A stretch of 64,000 bases of DNA from an uncultured Methanoregulaceae archaeon (GTDB lineage Archaea; Halobacteriota; Methanomicrobia; Methanomicrobiales; Methanospirillaceae): assembly GCA_963737635.1 (NCBI GenBank), contig CAVTTL010000001.1, positions 2,336,001 to 2,400,000 on the forward strand, written 5' to 3'. The notes beneath the pieces were generated by a model. It was not told the DNA's origin. It worked only from the letters and a program-made list of their open reading frames with translations, and did no database searches. The stretch's first letter is position 1, and each line of letters begins with the position of its first letter. Below are positions 1 to 10,796 of the stretch, piece after piece. The translations under genes and the position numbers were made by a program.

Positions 1-1005
1 TGACAAGAGAAAGAGGGCTTTCCATCTCGTAGACTCTTTAGTATATCCCGTATATGCTTGGAACGGTATACCGTTATTTTCATCGAGGAGCCTGATTCCT
101 ATTGAGTCACAACCGGTATAGTCCTGGATGATACGAACATAATGATCAAGCAGCGATGACCGGCTGGAGAATTGAAAGGAAACCTGTAAAATAGTGTTTA
201 ACAGGCGAATGATATTTTCATAATATTTTCGTTTTGTGATGTCGTGAGCTATCATGGAGGCGCCGGTAATTGCACCGGACAGATCCTTGATCGACGAAAT
301 AGTAAGGGACACATCAAGAAGTTTCCCGTCTTTTTTCACACGCTTTGTATCGAAATGGCTGACAATCTTCCCATTGTGTGTCTTTTGGAGGATATTTGGC
401 AGTTCATCTACTTCCCCGGGTGGAACAAGGAGAGATACCGATTTTCCAATGACCTCCCGGGCACTATACCCGTACATCTTCTCTGCACCAGTGTTCCAGG
501 AAACTATGGTTCCATCGAGGTTTTTCCCGATGATAGCGTCGTCGGAAAATTCAACGATATTTGCCATGTGCTGGAGATCTCCGAGTGCCTGTTTCTGTTC
601 AGTTACATCCTCAAAAACGGCAACAAAGTGCGCTTTTGCCGGTGAATATACAAAGATATGGAGCCACCTGCCGGAAGGTTTGAAATTGAGGTCGAACGTT
701 TCCGGTGTACCGGTCAACGAAACTCTGCCATAGATCTCAAAGAGCTCCGGATAGGCCTCTTTAATGCCCGGAAAAACCTCGGTAGCCGGTTTCCCGGTGA
801 CATTTGGAGTTCCGATGATCCGAATGAACGCAGGGTTGACATCGAGATAGATGTAATCTATCGGATGTCCCTTGTCGTCAAAGAGCATCCTGCAGTACGC
901 AAGCCCTTCCAGAAGATTTTCAAAAATGGTATGATAGTACTCCGCGCTTTCCTGAACTGTCGCTCGCGTTGATTTGTTTTCGGTGCTACCACTGATAGTT
1001 GTCAA
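1..1005 (-). CDS. PAS-PAS-GAF sensor protein (probable histidine kinase), runs off the window edge
   Basis: Not in the ORF track; read manually from a TTG at 1005: YHTIFENLLEGLAYCRMLFDDKGHPIDYIYLDVNPAF...FSDDAIIGKNLDGTIVSWNTGAEKMYG...KKDGKLLDVSLTISSIKDLSGAITGASMIAHDIT, then a GAF-like segment. The first PAS is a close paralog of the PAS in 1223-3568. Confidence 0.85.
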   Translation of the reverse strand, partial: MTTISGSTENKSTRATVQESAEYYHTIFENLLEGLAYCRMLFDDKGHPIDYIYLDVNPAFIRIIGTPNVTGKPATEVFPGIKEAYPELFEIYGRVSLTGTPETFDLNFKPSGRWLHIFVYSPAKAHFVAVFEDVTEQKQALGDLQHMANIVEFSDDAIIGKNLDGTIVSWNTGAEKMYGYSAREVIGKSVSLLVPPGEVDELPNILQKTHNGKIVSHFDTKRVKKDGKLLDVSLTISSIKDLSGAITGASMIAHDITKRKYYENIIRLLNTILQVSFQFSSRSSLLDHYVRIIQDYTGCDSIGIRLLDENNGIPFQAYTGYTKESTRWKALFLLS

Positions 1006-1222
1006 CCCGTACCTTCCTCATCTTCGCGTACGAGACGTTATTCTGAAAATTTAACCGTTATTATATATTATTTGTATAAGTGGCGATATAATATCTCGTA
1101 TCTTTCATAGGTCTTATGCGTCTCCGGTTGACGATGCTAATTCATCCCGGAAACCTCCGGTCAACAGCCGACACACGATTAACCAAGCGAGCGGATGGCC
1201 TCACGCCCAACTATGAAACAAT

Positions 1223-3568
1223 TTAAGACGTAAACCGGTACGCTTCTTTCGGTACGGTAATCTCAAACCGGGCACCTTTCCCGAATTCACCGGTCTCTTG
1301 TATCGTAAGGCCGGTTATCGATAGGATCTCCCGGGAAAGGAAAAGACCCAGGCCAGAATTTTTTCCAAAACCTTTCGTGAAAAGATGTTTTTTATCTACC
1401 GGAGAAATCCCCATTCCATTATCTTCGAAGATTAGGATGAGTCCGCTGTCCGATTCCCGCGATGACAAACGAATAGCGGTTACCTGGTTACCTCCATGCT
1501 TAAGCGTGTTATCAATAAGGTTATAGAACACTTTCTCGAAGAGCGGATCGGCATAAACGTCAATTCCCCCGATATCAGTCACGATCTGGATATCTTTCAT
1601 GGGAAGGACCGCCAGCGCCTTTTGTACGGATGCGTTGACATTCTGCCAGGCCGGGACATTAGCACCTAGATCCTCGTAGTCCTTGGTAAAAAGGATCTGG
1701 CTTTCAATTGCACGTGCGGCTCGCTCTCCCTTCACGATATGCTCAGACATCTTTGTGGCATCCCCGGAGGCATGTTTGCATAATTCAAGAATGGATTTCA
1801 GGATAAAGAGCTGGTTGAGAATATCGTGCCTGGTGATTCTCGAGAGCAAGTTTAATTTTTTAGTGGCCAGGATCCGGGATTCTTCAGCCCGTTTGCGTTC
1901 GGTAATATCTTCAAAAATCGCAACAAAATATTCCTTCTCCGGAGAATACACCGAGATATGCAGCCACTTGGCGGACGGCTTGAAATCGAGATCGAAGGAT
2001 TCCGGTCTCCCGGTTGACGCAACTCTTCCATAAATCTCAAACAACGCCGGATAAGCCTCGTTAATTCCGGGAAACACCTCCGTAACCGGTTTCCCGGTGA
2101 CCGTAGTGGTTCCGATGATCCTATTGAATGCCGGATTCACCGTGAGATAGATGAAATCAACAGGTCTCCCTTTATCGTCGAACACCATACGGCAGTGCGC
2201 CATTCCCTCCAGCATATTGTCAAAGAGGCTCCGGTATTTCTCCTCGCTCTCCCTCAGGGCATCCTCAGTCTGTATGCGTCCAGTGATATCCTCAACGATC
2301 AGAACTCCCCGGACATACGTGCCGGCCTTATCTTTAAGCCCGGTGGCGTTTATCTTAACATTGATAAATGAACGATCTTTTTTCTGCATCCGGAAGATCG
2401 CGCCAGACACCGTTTTTCCGGAGAAAACCTCACGGAGAAAAGAGTCCAGCTTCGTTTGATTCTCGGTATCGATAATTCCTGCGATCTGTTTTTCGAGGAT
2501 ATCCTCTTTAGGATATCCGAGCATATCATCGATTCTTTGGTTGCAGTCAACAATTATTCCTTGTGAGTCAATAGACATGATGAGATTGGGGGCGGCGTTG
2601 AAGATATCCCGGAATTTCCTGGCAGTCCGGCGGATATTATTTTCGGCCTTCTCCCGTTCTTCCTGATCCTCGCGAGCTTTCAGGGCAAAACTGATATCGC
2701 CGGTCATCTCATCGAGCAGATTGATTATCTGGTCGTTGAAAAAACCGGGTTCCGGGGCGTAGAGTGTCAACACACCCTCATACCTGGTCTTCAGAGCAAA
2801 CGGGAATGCAGCGACCGATCGGTACCCGCGGGAAAGTGCCTCATCCCGCCATGGTTGCATGAGAGGGTCGGCCGCAAGATCGTTTATGATGGTATGGCGT
2901 CCCTCCCTCAATGCGGTGCCGGAAAGGCCCCGGCCGGCAGGAATGTCTTCAGCGGACACGTTACTTCGGTCAAGGTATCCTTCGATGTGACCACACGAGG
3001 CAAACGGTTCTATCAACTGTGTTTCCTTGTTGATCCATCCTGCCCAGACCATCCGGAAGCCACCGATACCTATTGCGATCCGGCAGATCACTTCGAAAAG
3101 TTCCTTAATATCTCTGTGATGAATGATAGCGTGGTTTGTCGCGGAGAGAACCGAATAGAGCCGGTTGAGGGCAAAAGCCTGGGCCTCGGCTCTGCGTCTT
3201 TCAACAACGCTCGTTATCTTCCGGATCAGCTCTGCAAACTGGGCCTTTGGCGCACCTCCCTTCTGGAGATAAAAATCTGCCCCGGCCTCAAATGCCTGGA
3301 TCGCAATCTCCTCGCGACCCTTCCCGGTGAAGATGATAAAGGGGAGCAAAAGGTACTCTTTGCGCAGGACTTTCAGGAACTCGATCCCGTCCATTCCGGG
3401 CATTTGGTAATCCGAGACGACGACCTCATATTTTCCAGATTTCAGGAGTTCAAGCCCTTGTTGTGCTGATACCGCGGTGTCCACAGAGAAATCACCTGAG
3501 CGTTCGAGAAAAAGCTTTGCGACATCAAGAAGTGAAGGTTCATCATCCACGTAGAGAACGGTTATCAT
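1223..3568 (-). CDS. Hybrid REC-GAF-PAS-PAS histidine kinase
   Basis: Receiver (VLYVDDE, VSDYQMPGMDG), GAF, two PAS, H-box TRHDILNQL, N-box NLIDNTLKHG, DNGMGI and GLGLFL G-boxes. Confidence 0.95.
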   Translation of the reverse strand: MITVLYVDDEPSLLDVAKLFLERSGDFSVDTAVSAQQGLELLKSGKYEVVVSDYQMPGMDGIEFLKVLRKEYLLLPFIIFTGKGREEIAIQAFEAGADFYLQKGGAPKAQFAELIRKITSVVERRRAEAQAFALNRLYSVLSATNHAIIHHRDIKELFEVICRIAIGIGGFRMVWAGWINKETQLIEPFASCGHIEGYLDRSNVSAEDIPAGRGLSGTALREGRHTIINDLAADPLMQPWRDEALSRGYRSVAAFPFALKTRYEGVLTLYAPEPGFFNDQIINLLDEMTGDISFALKAREDQEEREKAENNIRRTARKFRDIFNAAPNLIMSIDSQGIIVDCNQRIDDMLGYPKEDILEKQIAGIIDTENQTKLDSFLREVFSGKTVSGAIFRMQKKDRSFINVKINATGLKDKAGTYVRGVLIVEDITGRIQTEDALRESEEKYRSLFDNMLEGMAHCRMVFDDKGRPVDFIYLTVNPAFNRIIGTTTVTGKPVTEVFPGINEAYPALFEIYGRVASTGRPESFDLDFKPSAKWLHISVYSPEKEYFVAIFEDITERKRAEESRILATKKLNLLSRITRHDILNQLFILKSILELCKHASGDATKMSEHIVKGERAARAIESQILFTKDYEDLGANVPAWQNVNASVQKALAVLPMKDIQIVTDIGGIDVYADPLFEKVFYNLIDNTLKHGGNQVTAIRLSSRESDSGLILIFEDNGMGISPVDKKHLFTKGFGKNSGLGLFLSREILSITGLTIQETGEFGKGARFEITVPKEAYRFTS

Positions 3569-3794
3569 ACATCGGGGCCAGAGTCATATGTAGTTTTTAT
3601 ACCGAATTAATATTATTATAATACCATACTTGTCCAGCCGGATTCTTGTTGATGAAGAAGAGTTTGAAGTCCAACCAGTAGCATACCCGGAGCATTCTCC
3701 TCATCTGCCCAAAAGTCGGCAGATCAGGTGAAATTCCTTTCAGATTCCACAATACCAAAGGACTAAAGTCCGCTATTATCGTAATGTAGTATGT

Positions 3795-4698
3795 ATGAAC
3801 CAGGACCCCGGCCCAAAGAATAGTTCGAGATCAGGACCGAGCCGGACTGCAGAGGGGTGTTGCAGCAATCCGGGCGGTCGAATCGATGCTTCCGGAAGAT
3901 GAACGAGTATGTTACGATCCCTACGCTCTCCGGTTCGTCGCTCCCGGGCGTCTTGCAGCAGTGGCTGCATATTCCGAAGAGAAATTCCCCGGACTTCGGA
4001 ATACTATCGTCGCAAGAGTCCGGTATTTCGATGATGTCATCCGAGCTGCTGCCAAAGAAGGGCTTGCACAGCTGGTTATTATGGGCGCAGGGTATGATAC
4101 CCGGGCGTACCGGATCCAAGAACTCGCAGAACACGTGCGGGTCTTCGAGATCGATCATCCCGATACCCAGCAGATCAAAAAAGAGAAGATCCAAGAAATT
4201 TTTGGCAGACCTCCGGATCACATCGTGTATGTCGCGGTCAATTTCGAAACCCAGAACTTCGGCCGGCGGCTGATAGAATGCGGCTATTCCCCGGAGAAAA
4301 AAACACTCTTTGTCATGGAAGGCCTCATTATGTACCTCAGCCTTCCTTCCATCGATGCTATGCTTTCGTTTATCATACAGAATTCCGGCAGGGGCAGTGC
4401 CATCCTCTTCGATTGTTCAGCAAAAACCGGTGACGACACTTCGCAGGAGGAAACCCGGAAAAAACTCGGCGATCACACCGCGAAAGGTGGCGAACCGATC
4501 CTGTTTGCCCTCCCCAAAGAAGGCGCCGAAACGTTCCTTGCGCCGAGAGGATTTTCCCCGGTCCTGACAGTGAAAAGCGATGAATACCGGCAGATGTACT
4601 TTCAGGGAAAAAATAAAGACCGGAATCTCTCCGGATTGACCTTCACGTACGCAGTCGTCAATGACGTGACCCACAGGACGTTCAGTGATGTACGGTAA
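3795..4698 (+). CDS. Class I SAM-dependent methyltransferase (LCM/YktD-like); apparent frameshift near 3853
   Basis: QLVIMGAGYDTRAYR, FEIDHP, VMEGLIMYL. The expected N-terminus GPSRTAEGVAAIRAVES is restored by removing one G in gaggggtg. Confidence 0.85.
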
Positions 4699-4703
4699 TT
4701 TCT

Positions 4704-4755
4704 TGTTCTGTCATTATCTGATTTCACTCAAAAGTTCCGTTATCCTTTCAGAACT
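4704..4755. mobile_element. Degenerate IS6-type mini-element (MITE-like scar)
   Basis: tgttctgtcattatctg on the left; aaagttccgttatcctttcagaact on the right, whose reverse complement resembles the window-wide GGTTCTGnTGCGTTGTCGGGACTT end. Confidence 0.4.
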
Positions 4756-4924
4756 CTTTTTTGAGAGTCCCGGGCGATTCAATCTATCATTAATTCCATT
4801 TTAGGACGTTGAACCGGGATCCGGTACTTCTTATGTCTTTTTGATTATATATGTTGATAAATTCATCCATATATTAAAGAAATATATATATTCTGGAGCT
4901 GATAACCACAGTGGAGTGAATCCA

Positions 4925-5174
4925 ATGACGACGGTATTCCGATGTATGACCTGCAACAAAACATTCAAGTCAAAAAAAGAGGTTGAAGAGCACAAAAAAA
5001 GTCCACTGGAACAAACAGATAGGAAAATTCGATAAGGATCTCCCCTACTTGGGACATAGTGTAAAAATCATCACAACAGGTGGTTTCAGCGCAAGCCGCC
5101 GGTCGAATCTGATACCATCTCATACCGTTGCAATAATCCTCGGTTTTCTGCGTTCTCTCTTCAAAATGCTATAG
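4925..5174 (+). CDS. Small C2H2 zinc-finger protein (frameshift in the poly-A run near 4995; end uncertain)
   Basis: Joining the two ORF-track frames gives FRCMTCNKTFKSKKEVEEHKKVH, a canonical CxxC-x12-HxxxH. Confidence 0.7.
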
Positions 5175-5293
5175 AAAATATAGAGAGAATTCCCATACAT
5201 AAGTGAATTTCATCAAATCTATATAGTAGCAGAACGACATGAAGGTGGGAAGAAGATCCCGGCTAAGAAAACAGAGACTTTCTGGAGGAGGCT

Positions 5294-5665
5294 ATGATCT
5301 CATCATCCAGGACCCACGAAGATCAGATACGAAAGGTCACACAGAACCTGAACGCACCCTTTCAAATCCGGAAAGCCGAATCCGGGAGATACGATAGGTC
5401 AATCACGGGGAGAACGCAATCAACAGAATCACAACCTGCAGGTAGTCACCCGGTGCGGCAGCAAGAATTTCTCGATACGGACCAGGAACGAGATGATGCC
5501 GTTCCCGATGATGACCAGGAATTGCTGGATTCGGACCCCTTATCGCGGCCAATGGCTTCCCAGAGGCAGTGTATCCGGTGCAGCGCCCGTATTCCGGCGA
5601 TGGATTTTCTCTATACGAAAAAGACCGGCCTATGTATCCCCTGCTGGGAAGAACAGGAGATATAA
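5294..5665 (+). CDS. Hypothetical protein with C-terminal zinc ribbon
   Basis: GGAGGAGG SD before the ATG; CIRC...CIPC. Confidence 0.65.
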   Translation: MISSSRTHEDQIRKVTQNLNAPFQIRKAESGRYDRSITGRTQSTESQPAGSHPVRQQEFLDTDQERDDAVPDDDQELLDSDPLSRPMASQRQCIRCSARIPAMDFLYTKKTGLCIPCWEEQEI

Positions 5666-5966
5666 TGGACTACTGGAGATCCTGATACATCCTGCTCTGG
5701 AGGAAAAAATGACCCGTTTACCAACGCAAATGACGGATGCAGCCTATCAGAAAGCTCTCCGCGACGCGGAAAAGCAGCTGACTTTGGTACAGGCAGAGCA
5801 TCTTAATGCCCGGTCTGCCTGGAATACCTCATCAATCAAACAATTTGGGATCCGGCGACATCTGGCAAACTGGCTGCGAGTCCGGAACCTTGCAAGAAAA
5901 GTGCGAAAAAACCAAGCACATCTCAATTTCCTCCTTGAATTTGAAAGGCAGCGAAATAAGGATTGA
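5665..5966 (+). CDS. Hypothetical basic coiled-coil protein (start uncertain)
   Basis: Open frame to TGA at 5966, helical and basic composition; no recognisable motif. Confidence 0.4.
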
Positions 5967-6256
5967 TTGTTTAATTTACCCAATAGTATTAACAGCGAAA
6001 TCTATATTTTAACTAAAAACTCTATAATTACTAATGAAAGAAATAGATGTCATGATAAGACCAGATCCGCTCAATGAGAAATTTGAAGCGAAGATCAGCT
6101 GCGTTTTTGCACGTCTCAGGCAGGGTGAGATGTGGACAGTATTTTATTACCACTTAAAGATCCCCCGGATCTTTTGCCGATTGATATGATTTTTTGAGAG
6201 AGAGAAGACAGAGATCGAAGGGTAGCGTATCCCATATTAAAAAAAAAGGCGAAAAA

Positions 6257-7064
6257 ATGATCGTTTCACTAGCAGCATTCTTGATCTCGACGGTCATCGG
6301 GATACTAGCAGCACTGATCGGCCTTGGTGGTGGATTTCTGTATGTTCCCACGCTCACCCTGATCTTTGGCTTCGACCCACGGATGGCTGTGGGAACGAGT
6401 CTTGCAGTAATGGTCATTTCCTCATTTGCCGCGACCATCGTATACCGTTCCCAAGGTAAAGTCCTCTATAAGGCCGCGGCAGTGCTCTGCATCCCCAGCA
6501 TGCTCCTCTCGGTAGTGGGATCAATCATTACAGACCACATGGATACTCGGCTCATCATTATCGTTTTTTCCATGGTGCTTATCCTTATTTCCCTGGAAAT
6601 GCTCCTCCCGGACTTCCGCCTGATCCGGAAACTGGACTTCGGCCCGTCGCTCACCTTCATGTGCAGGGACCAGACCGGAGAGGAAAAACCGGTCCATATT
6701 CCCTATGCCCACCTGATCATCTGGGGGGCGTTCGGGGGCCTTGTGAGCGGTGTCACCGGGACAAGTGGAGGAGCATTTTTTGTTCCGGCATTAGTCGCGA
6801 TTGGCGTGCCTGTGCATGTCGCAGTCGCCACATCACTCCTGACGATCATTCCCACCTCTCTCGCCGGCGCTTCGACCCACACCGCTTTAGGTCATGTCTC
6901 TCTTCCTTTTTTTGTACCTGTACGGCGCAGGTGCAGGGCTTGGTGCGTACGCGGGAGCCCGTCTTGCACCCCGGATCCACGCGGACCACATCAAGAGGAT
7001 ATTCGGTTTCATTCTCATCTTCATCGCCGTGCTCATGATCCAGCAGAAAGTCCTCGGTATGTAA
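6257..7064 (+). CDS. Sulfite exporter TauE/SafE family membrane protein (frameshift near 6905-6920)
   Basis: IGLGGGFLYVP, AVGTSL, GVTGTSGGAFFVP, AVATSL. The C-terminus YGAGAGLGAYAGARLA...IKRIFGFILIFIAVLMIQQKVLGM is in another frame. Confidence 0.88.
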
Positions 7065-7099
7065 AGACCTTCATGAACCCGGGTGTTCAAAAATCCGGA

Positions 7100-8731
7100 T
7101 TATTTCCGCGTGGCAGATGCAAGAGCGAATACGGTAATAAGAAAAGCTAAGACAGGAACTGCGACCGGCAGGAGTGCCCGGGCAGTCGATGAGCCTGTGG
7201 TGATTCCGGTAGTCGCTTGGGGGATCGATGCCGCCGGCAGAGTGGGAAGTTGCGTCGGTACTGAGGTGGCTGTCCCGTTTCCCTGGACGGTATCGATAAC
7301 AGATTGCACACTTCCCTTCGGCAGGGGAGCGGAGACATTGATATAATAAGCCTGATTTGTGGTATTACTTCCATACACGTTGTTTACCTCAAGCGTTACC
7401 GGATAGATACCCGCCTTGACATAGGTATGCGACGGGTTCTGCCGCGATGATCCGGCAGGGATAAGCCGCCACACATCGCCATTTTCATTGCCGCTCGTAT
7501 AACCGCCCATGAGGACTATACTTCCATCCGGCATCACTACACTACTCTGCCCGGCTCTCGCTGACCACCCGGGATTTACCGTCACCTGGGTCCACGTCGC
7601 CCCGTTATCCGTCGACCGCCACACATCGTTATTATAGATACTGCTGCCGCTATAACCGCCCATGAGGACTATACTTCCATCTGGCATCACTACACTACTC
7701 TGCCCGGCTCTCGCTGACCACCCGGGGTTCACCGTTTCAAGAGCCCAGGTTGCTCCGCCATCTGTCGACAGCCACACGTCGTTATTATATTGGCCGTATC
7801 GGCCGGATTGGCCCCAACCGCCCATGAGGACTATACTACCGTCCGGCATCACTACGCTGCTCTGGCCCGCCCTTGCAGACCACCCGGGGTTCACCGTTTC
7901 AAGAGCCCAGGTTGCTCCATCATCTGTTGACTTCCATACATCGTTATCCGCCTGGCCGCCCCAACCACCTATGAGGACGATGCTTCCATCCGGCATCACT
8001 ACGCTACTCTGCCCCGCCCGGGGTGACCATCCCGGACTCACCGTCTCAAGAGTCCAGGTTGCTCCGCCATCTGTCGACAGCCACACGTCATTATTATAGG
8101 TACCACCGCTCGTATAACCGCCCATGAGAACGAGACTCCCATCCGGCATGAGCACAGCGCTCTGTCCTGCCCGTGCCATCCACCCGGGATTTACCGTTTC
8201 AAGGGCCCAGGTTGCTCCGTCATCGGTCGACAACCACACATCGTTATTATAGATCGTGCCCCCACTGTACCCACCCACCATAACGACGTAATTATTCGCT
8301 GCTACCCGGTTGATTTGTGCATATCCCGAAGAAGACCCGGGAATAGCGACCAGCTGCAGCCACGGTGCAGCGTTCGCTGTGGACATCCCCATACGATTAC
8401 TGTAACCGCCGCTATACCCCCCGATAAGGATGATACTGCCGTCCGGCATTACTACGCTGCTCTGGCCCATGCGTCCCGACCACCCGCCATTCACGGTCAT
8501 CTGGTTCCATGGTGCCGTGAAATTCTCGTCGCCAAAAAACCAGGCCCAGCCGGAAGGGTTGTTTGCCGACAGATCGGTAAAGGAGACGGCGAGGGGTGCA
8601 TGACCGGACACGGGCAGGCCCGTGAAGTTGGCGACCGGAGCTTCAGCAGTCACCGGAACGATGGTTATCGAAACCAGTACCAGGAACAGAAGAGATGTCC
8701 TGCAGCCAAGTAGCTTCACGCGATGTGCCAC
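7100..8731 (-). CDS. Surface protein: PKD domain with inserted Kelch/BNR-like beta-propeller repeats and a C-terminal membrane anchor
   Basis: Signal peptide; PKD halves APVANF...WAWFFGD and QNPSHTY..GIYPVTLEV; repeats of WSARAGQSSVVMPDGSIVLMGG...NDVWxSTDxGATW; C-terminal hydrophobic helix plus RK. Confidence 0.9.
   Translation of the reverse strand: MAHRVKLLGCRTSLLFLVLVSITIVPVTAEAPVANFTGLPVSGHAPLAVSFTDLSANNPSGWAWFFGDENFTAPWNQMTVNGGWSGRMGQSSVVMPDGSIILIGGYSGGYSNRMGMSTANAAPWLQLVAIPGSSSGYAQINRVAANNYVVMVGGYSGGTIYNNDVWLSTDDGATWALETVNPGWMARAGQSAVLMPDGSLVLMGGYTSGGTYNNDVWLSTDGGATWTLETVSPGWSPRAGQSSVVMPDGSIVLIGGWGGQADNDVWKSTDDGATWALETVNPGWSARAGQSSVVMPDGSIVLMGGWGQSGRYGQYNNDVWLSTDGGATWALETVNPGWSARAGQSSVVMPDGSIVLMGGYSGSSIYNNDVWRSTDNGATWTQVTVNPGWSARAGQSSVVMPDGSIVLMGGYTSGNENGDVWRLIPAGSSRQNPSHTYVKAGIYPVTLEVNNVYGSNTTNQAYYINVSAPLPKGSVQSVIDTVQGNGTATSVPTQLPTLPAASIPQATTGITTGSSTARALLPVAVPVLAFLITVFALASATRK
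7497..8270. repeat. Tandem ~150 bp coding repeats of the propeller blades
   Basis: Recurring aaccgcccatgaggactatacttccatc...ctctgcccggctctcgctgaccacccggg blocks. Confidence 0.85.
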
Positions 8732-8829
8732 GATACAACCGACCCCCTCTCGGGTAAATCCAACAGGATAGGAGTATCAGTTTGCCGATAAAAACCTTCT
8801 CGCCACCGGGTATTCCAATGTATCCAGAA

Positions 8830-9138
8830 TTATCTGCCGGATAATTTCCGGAATGCATCGTCCAGCGTCTTTATCCGGTGGTCGACTTTTTTTGCCGCGG
8901 CAGCCAGCGTAAAACCGTCATCCAGAAGCTCTTTGATCAGCATAATCTTCTTGATATTGAGGAAATTGTAGCGCCGGGTAGTGCCATCCCCGCCATCTAC
9001 CGAAGAAATGAACCCTTTCTCCTCCCAGTACCGGATCTGCCGCTGGGGGACACCCGTTATTTCCGAGACCTCCCCTATCCCGACGATAAGGCGCCGCATC
9101 AGGGTCTGATCCAGGGAAGGCACGTCATCGTCGCTCAT
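8830..9138 (-). CDS. MerR-family transcriptional regulator
   Basis: VGIGEVSEITGVPQRQIRYWEEKGFI...RRY...GFTL. Confidence 0.9.
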   Translation of the reverse strand: MSDDDVPSLDQTLMRRLIVGIGEVSEITGVPQRQIRYWEEKGFISSVDGGDGTTRRYNFLNIKKIMLIKELLDDGFTLAAAAKKVDHRIKTLDDAFRKLSGR

Positions 9139-9189
9139 AGTACAAGTATATTGAAATCACTATATATTCTTAAAAACATTTCTCCAAAC

Positions 9190-9238
9190 ATTACAATTAT
9201 TATCGATTATTGCCAATAATTGTAATAAATTTACAATT
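9190..9238. promoter_or_regulatory. Palindromic operator between the divergent MerR and MFS genes
   Basis: Perfect 12 bp inverted repeat attacaattatt (9190-9201) / aataattgtaat (9215-9226), plus a third ttacaatt half-site at 9231-9238. Confidence 0.6.
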
Positions 9239-9291
9239 ACCTTCACATCGATGCCGACCGCACATACATACGAGTATCCCGTGAAAGACCC

Positions 9292-10710
9292 ATGACAGAA
9301 GCAACCGATCCCGGCACCATTATCCCGCCGTCGCAAGGATACCCGACCCGGTATGTCATCCTCGCCATCATCCTGACCGGGATATTCATGTGCGTGCTGG
9401 ATGTCCAGATCGTTGCGATTGCCCTTCCCTCAATCATGCAGGCACTTGGCGCCGGGATAGGCCAGGTCCAGTGGATTGCAACCGGGTACGTGATAACGGT
9501 CCTTGCAACGGTGCTCCTTTTCGGGTCACTCTCCCGGTCTATCGGCAGCGGCAGGCTCTTTATGGCCGGGCTCCCGCTCTTCACTCTCAGTTCTCTTGGC
9601 TGCGGCCTCTCGACCTCCATCCCGGAACTCATCCTCTTCCGGGTCCTCCAGGCACTGGGGGCATCGATGCTAATGAGTGTCTGTGTGGCGATCATTATGC
9701 TAGTCTTCCCCCAGGAGGAACGGGGCCGGGCGATGGGATACTATACCGCCGTTGTCGCACTTGGCCTGATCGTCGGGCCGGCCGCCGGCGGATTGATTGT
9801 CGACATCACCGGCTGGCCGTTCATCTTCCTCGTCAATGTGCCGGTCGGCATCGTGCTTATGGCCGCTGCCGTGAAGTATCTCAGGATCGACCGCGACCCC
9901 CCGGTCTTCCGGCACCTCGACTACCCGGGAGCATTCCTGTTGATTGGCACCATGGCAACGCTGGCGATCGCTCTGAACACGCTCTCAAACCCGCCGGTCC
10001 GGCTTGAATCGTTCGGGTTCTGGTCCGCCGTGTGCCTCGTCTTTCTTGTTGCCTTTATCCATACCGAACGAAAGGTGGAAAACCCCCTTGTACCGATCGG
10101 GATCTTCCGTAACCGGGCATTTGTCCTGCCTTCTGTCAGCCTTATCCTGTACCTGACGGCAACCTTTGTCCTGCTCACCGTCCAGCCGTTCTACTTCGAG
10201 TACGTGATGGGGCTCCGGCCTTCGCATATCGGCTTTATTGCCCTGATCCTCCCGCTTTCGATGCTGGTCGCCTCGCCCCTCTTTGGCTGGCTCTATGACC
10301 GCTGCCGGTCATCCCGGTTTCCGATCACCGGTATAACCATCATGGGTCTCGCGTTTCTTGGGTGCGGCTTCGCATTCACCCGGATGGACTTTGTCCTGAT
10401 TCTTGGTCTTTTTGTGGTTGCGGGGATAGCCCGGTCCGTGTACCAGGGCCCGAACAGTATCGAGATTATGGCATCGCTTCCGCAGGCACTCCACGGCATC
10501 GGTTCAAGCCTGATCACCGCTCTCCAGTATCTCGGTATTGTGCTTGGGATCTCGATTGCCGCCTTTCTCATGACCGCTCAGCTTCCCGGGAGCGGTTATG
10601 CCGGGCTGGCTGGTGCCGGCCCGGCGCTGCTTGCTGCAGTATTCGGGAACTGCATGTATGTTGCCGGCTTCATCTGCCTGGCCGCAGCGGTGTGCGAGAT
10701 CAAAGGCTGA
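9292..10710 (+). CDS. MFS drug:H+ antiporter (DHA2/EmrB-like)
   Basis: LDVQIVAIALPSI, FRVLQALG, ERGRAMG, GPAAGG, WPFIFLVNVPVG; about 14 hydrophobic segments. Confidence 0.92.
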   Translation: MTEATDPGTIIPPSQGYPTRYVILAIILTGIFMCVLDVQIVAIALPSIMQALGAGIGQVQWIATGYVITVLATVLLFGSLSRSIGSGRLFMAGLPLFTLSSLGCGLSTSIPELILFRVLQALGASMLMSVCVAIIMLVFPQEERGRAMGYYTAVVALGLIVGPAAGGLIVDITGWPFIFLVNVPVGIVLMAAAVKYLRIDRDPPVFRHLDYPGAFLLIGTMATLAIALNTLSNPPVRLESFGFWSAVCLVFLVAFIHTERKVENPLVPIGIFRNRAFVLPSVSLILYLTATFVLLTVQPFYFEYVMGLRPSHIGFIALILPLSMLVASPLFGWLYDRCRSSRFPITGITIMGLAFLGCGFAFTRMDFVLILGLFVVAGIARSVYQGPNSIEIMASLPQALHGIGSSLITALQYLGIVLGISIAAFLMTAQLPGSGYAGLAGAGPALLAAVFGNCMYVAGFICLAAAVCEIKG

Positions 10711-10796
10711 CCTTGGCAACCGGCTGAATGGACATAATCGTGTCAGCGGCCGAAGAGACAGATACGCTTTTACCCTGTAACTAAGAAGTATCAATA

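Noticed and set aside
244-972. Plus-strand ORFs 244-645, 254-733 and 658-972
   Set aside because: Antisense shadows of the minus-strand PAS/GAF gene.
7497-8270. Regular ~150 bp repeats as a CRISPR array or DGR template
   Set aside because: They are in-frame coding repeats with synonymous variation; no unique spacers, cas genes or reverse transcriptase.
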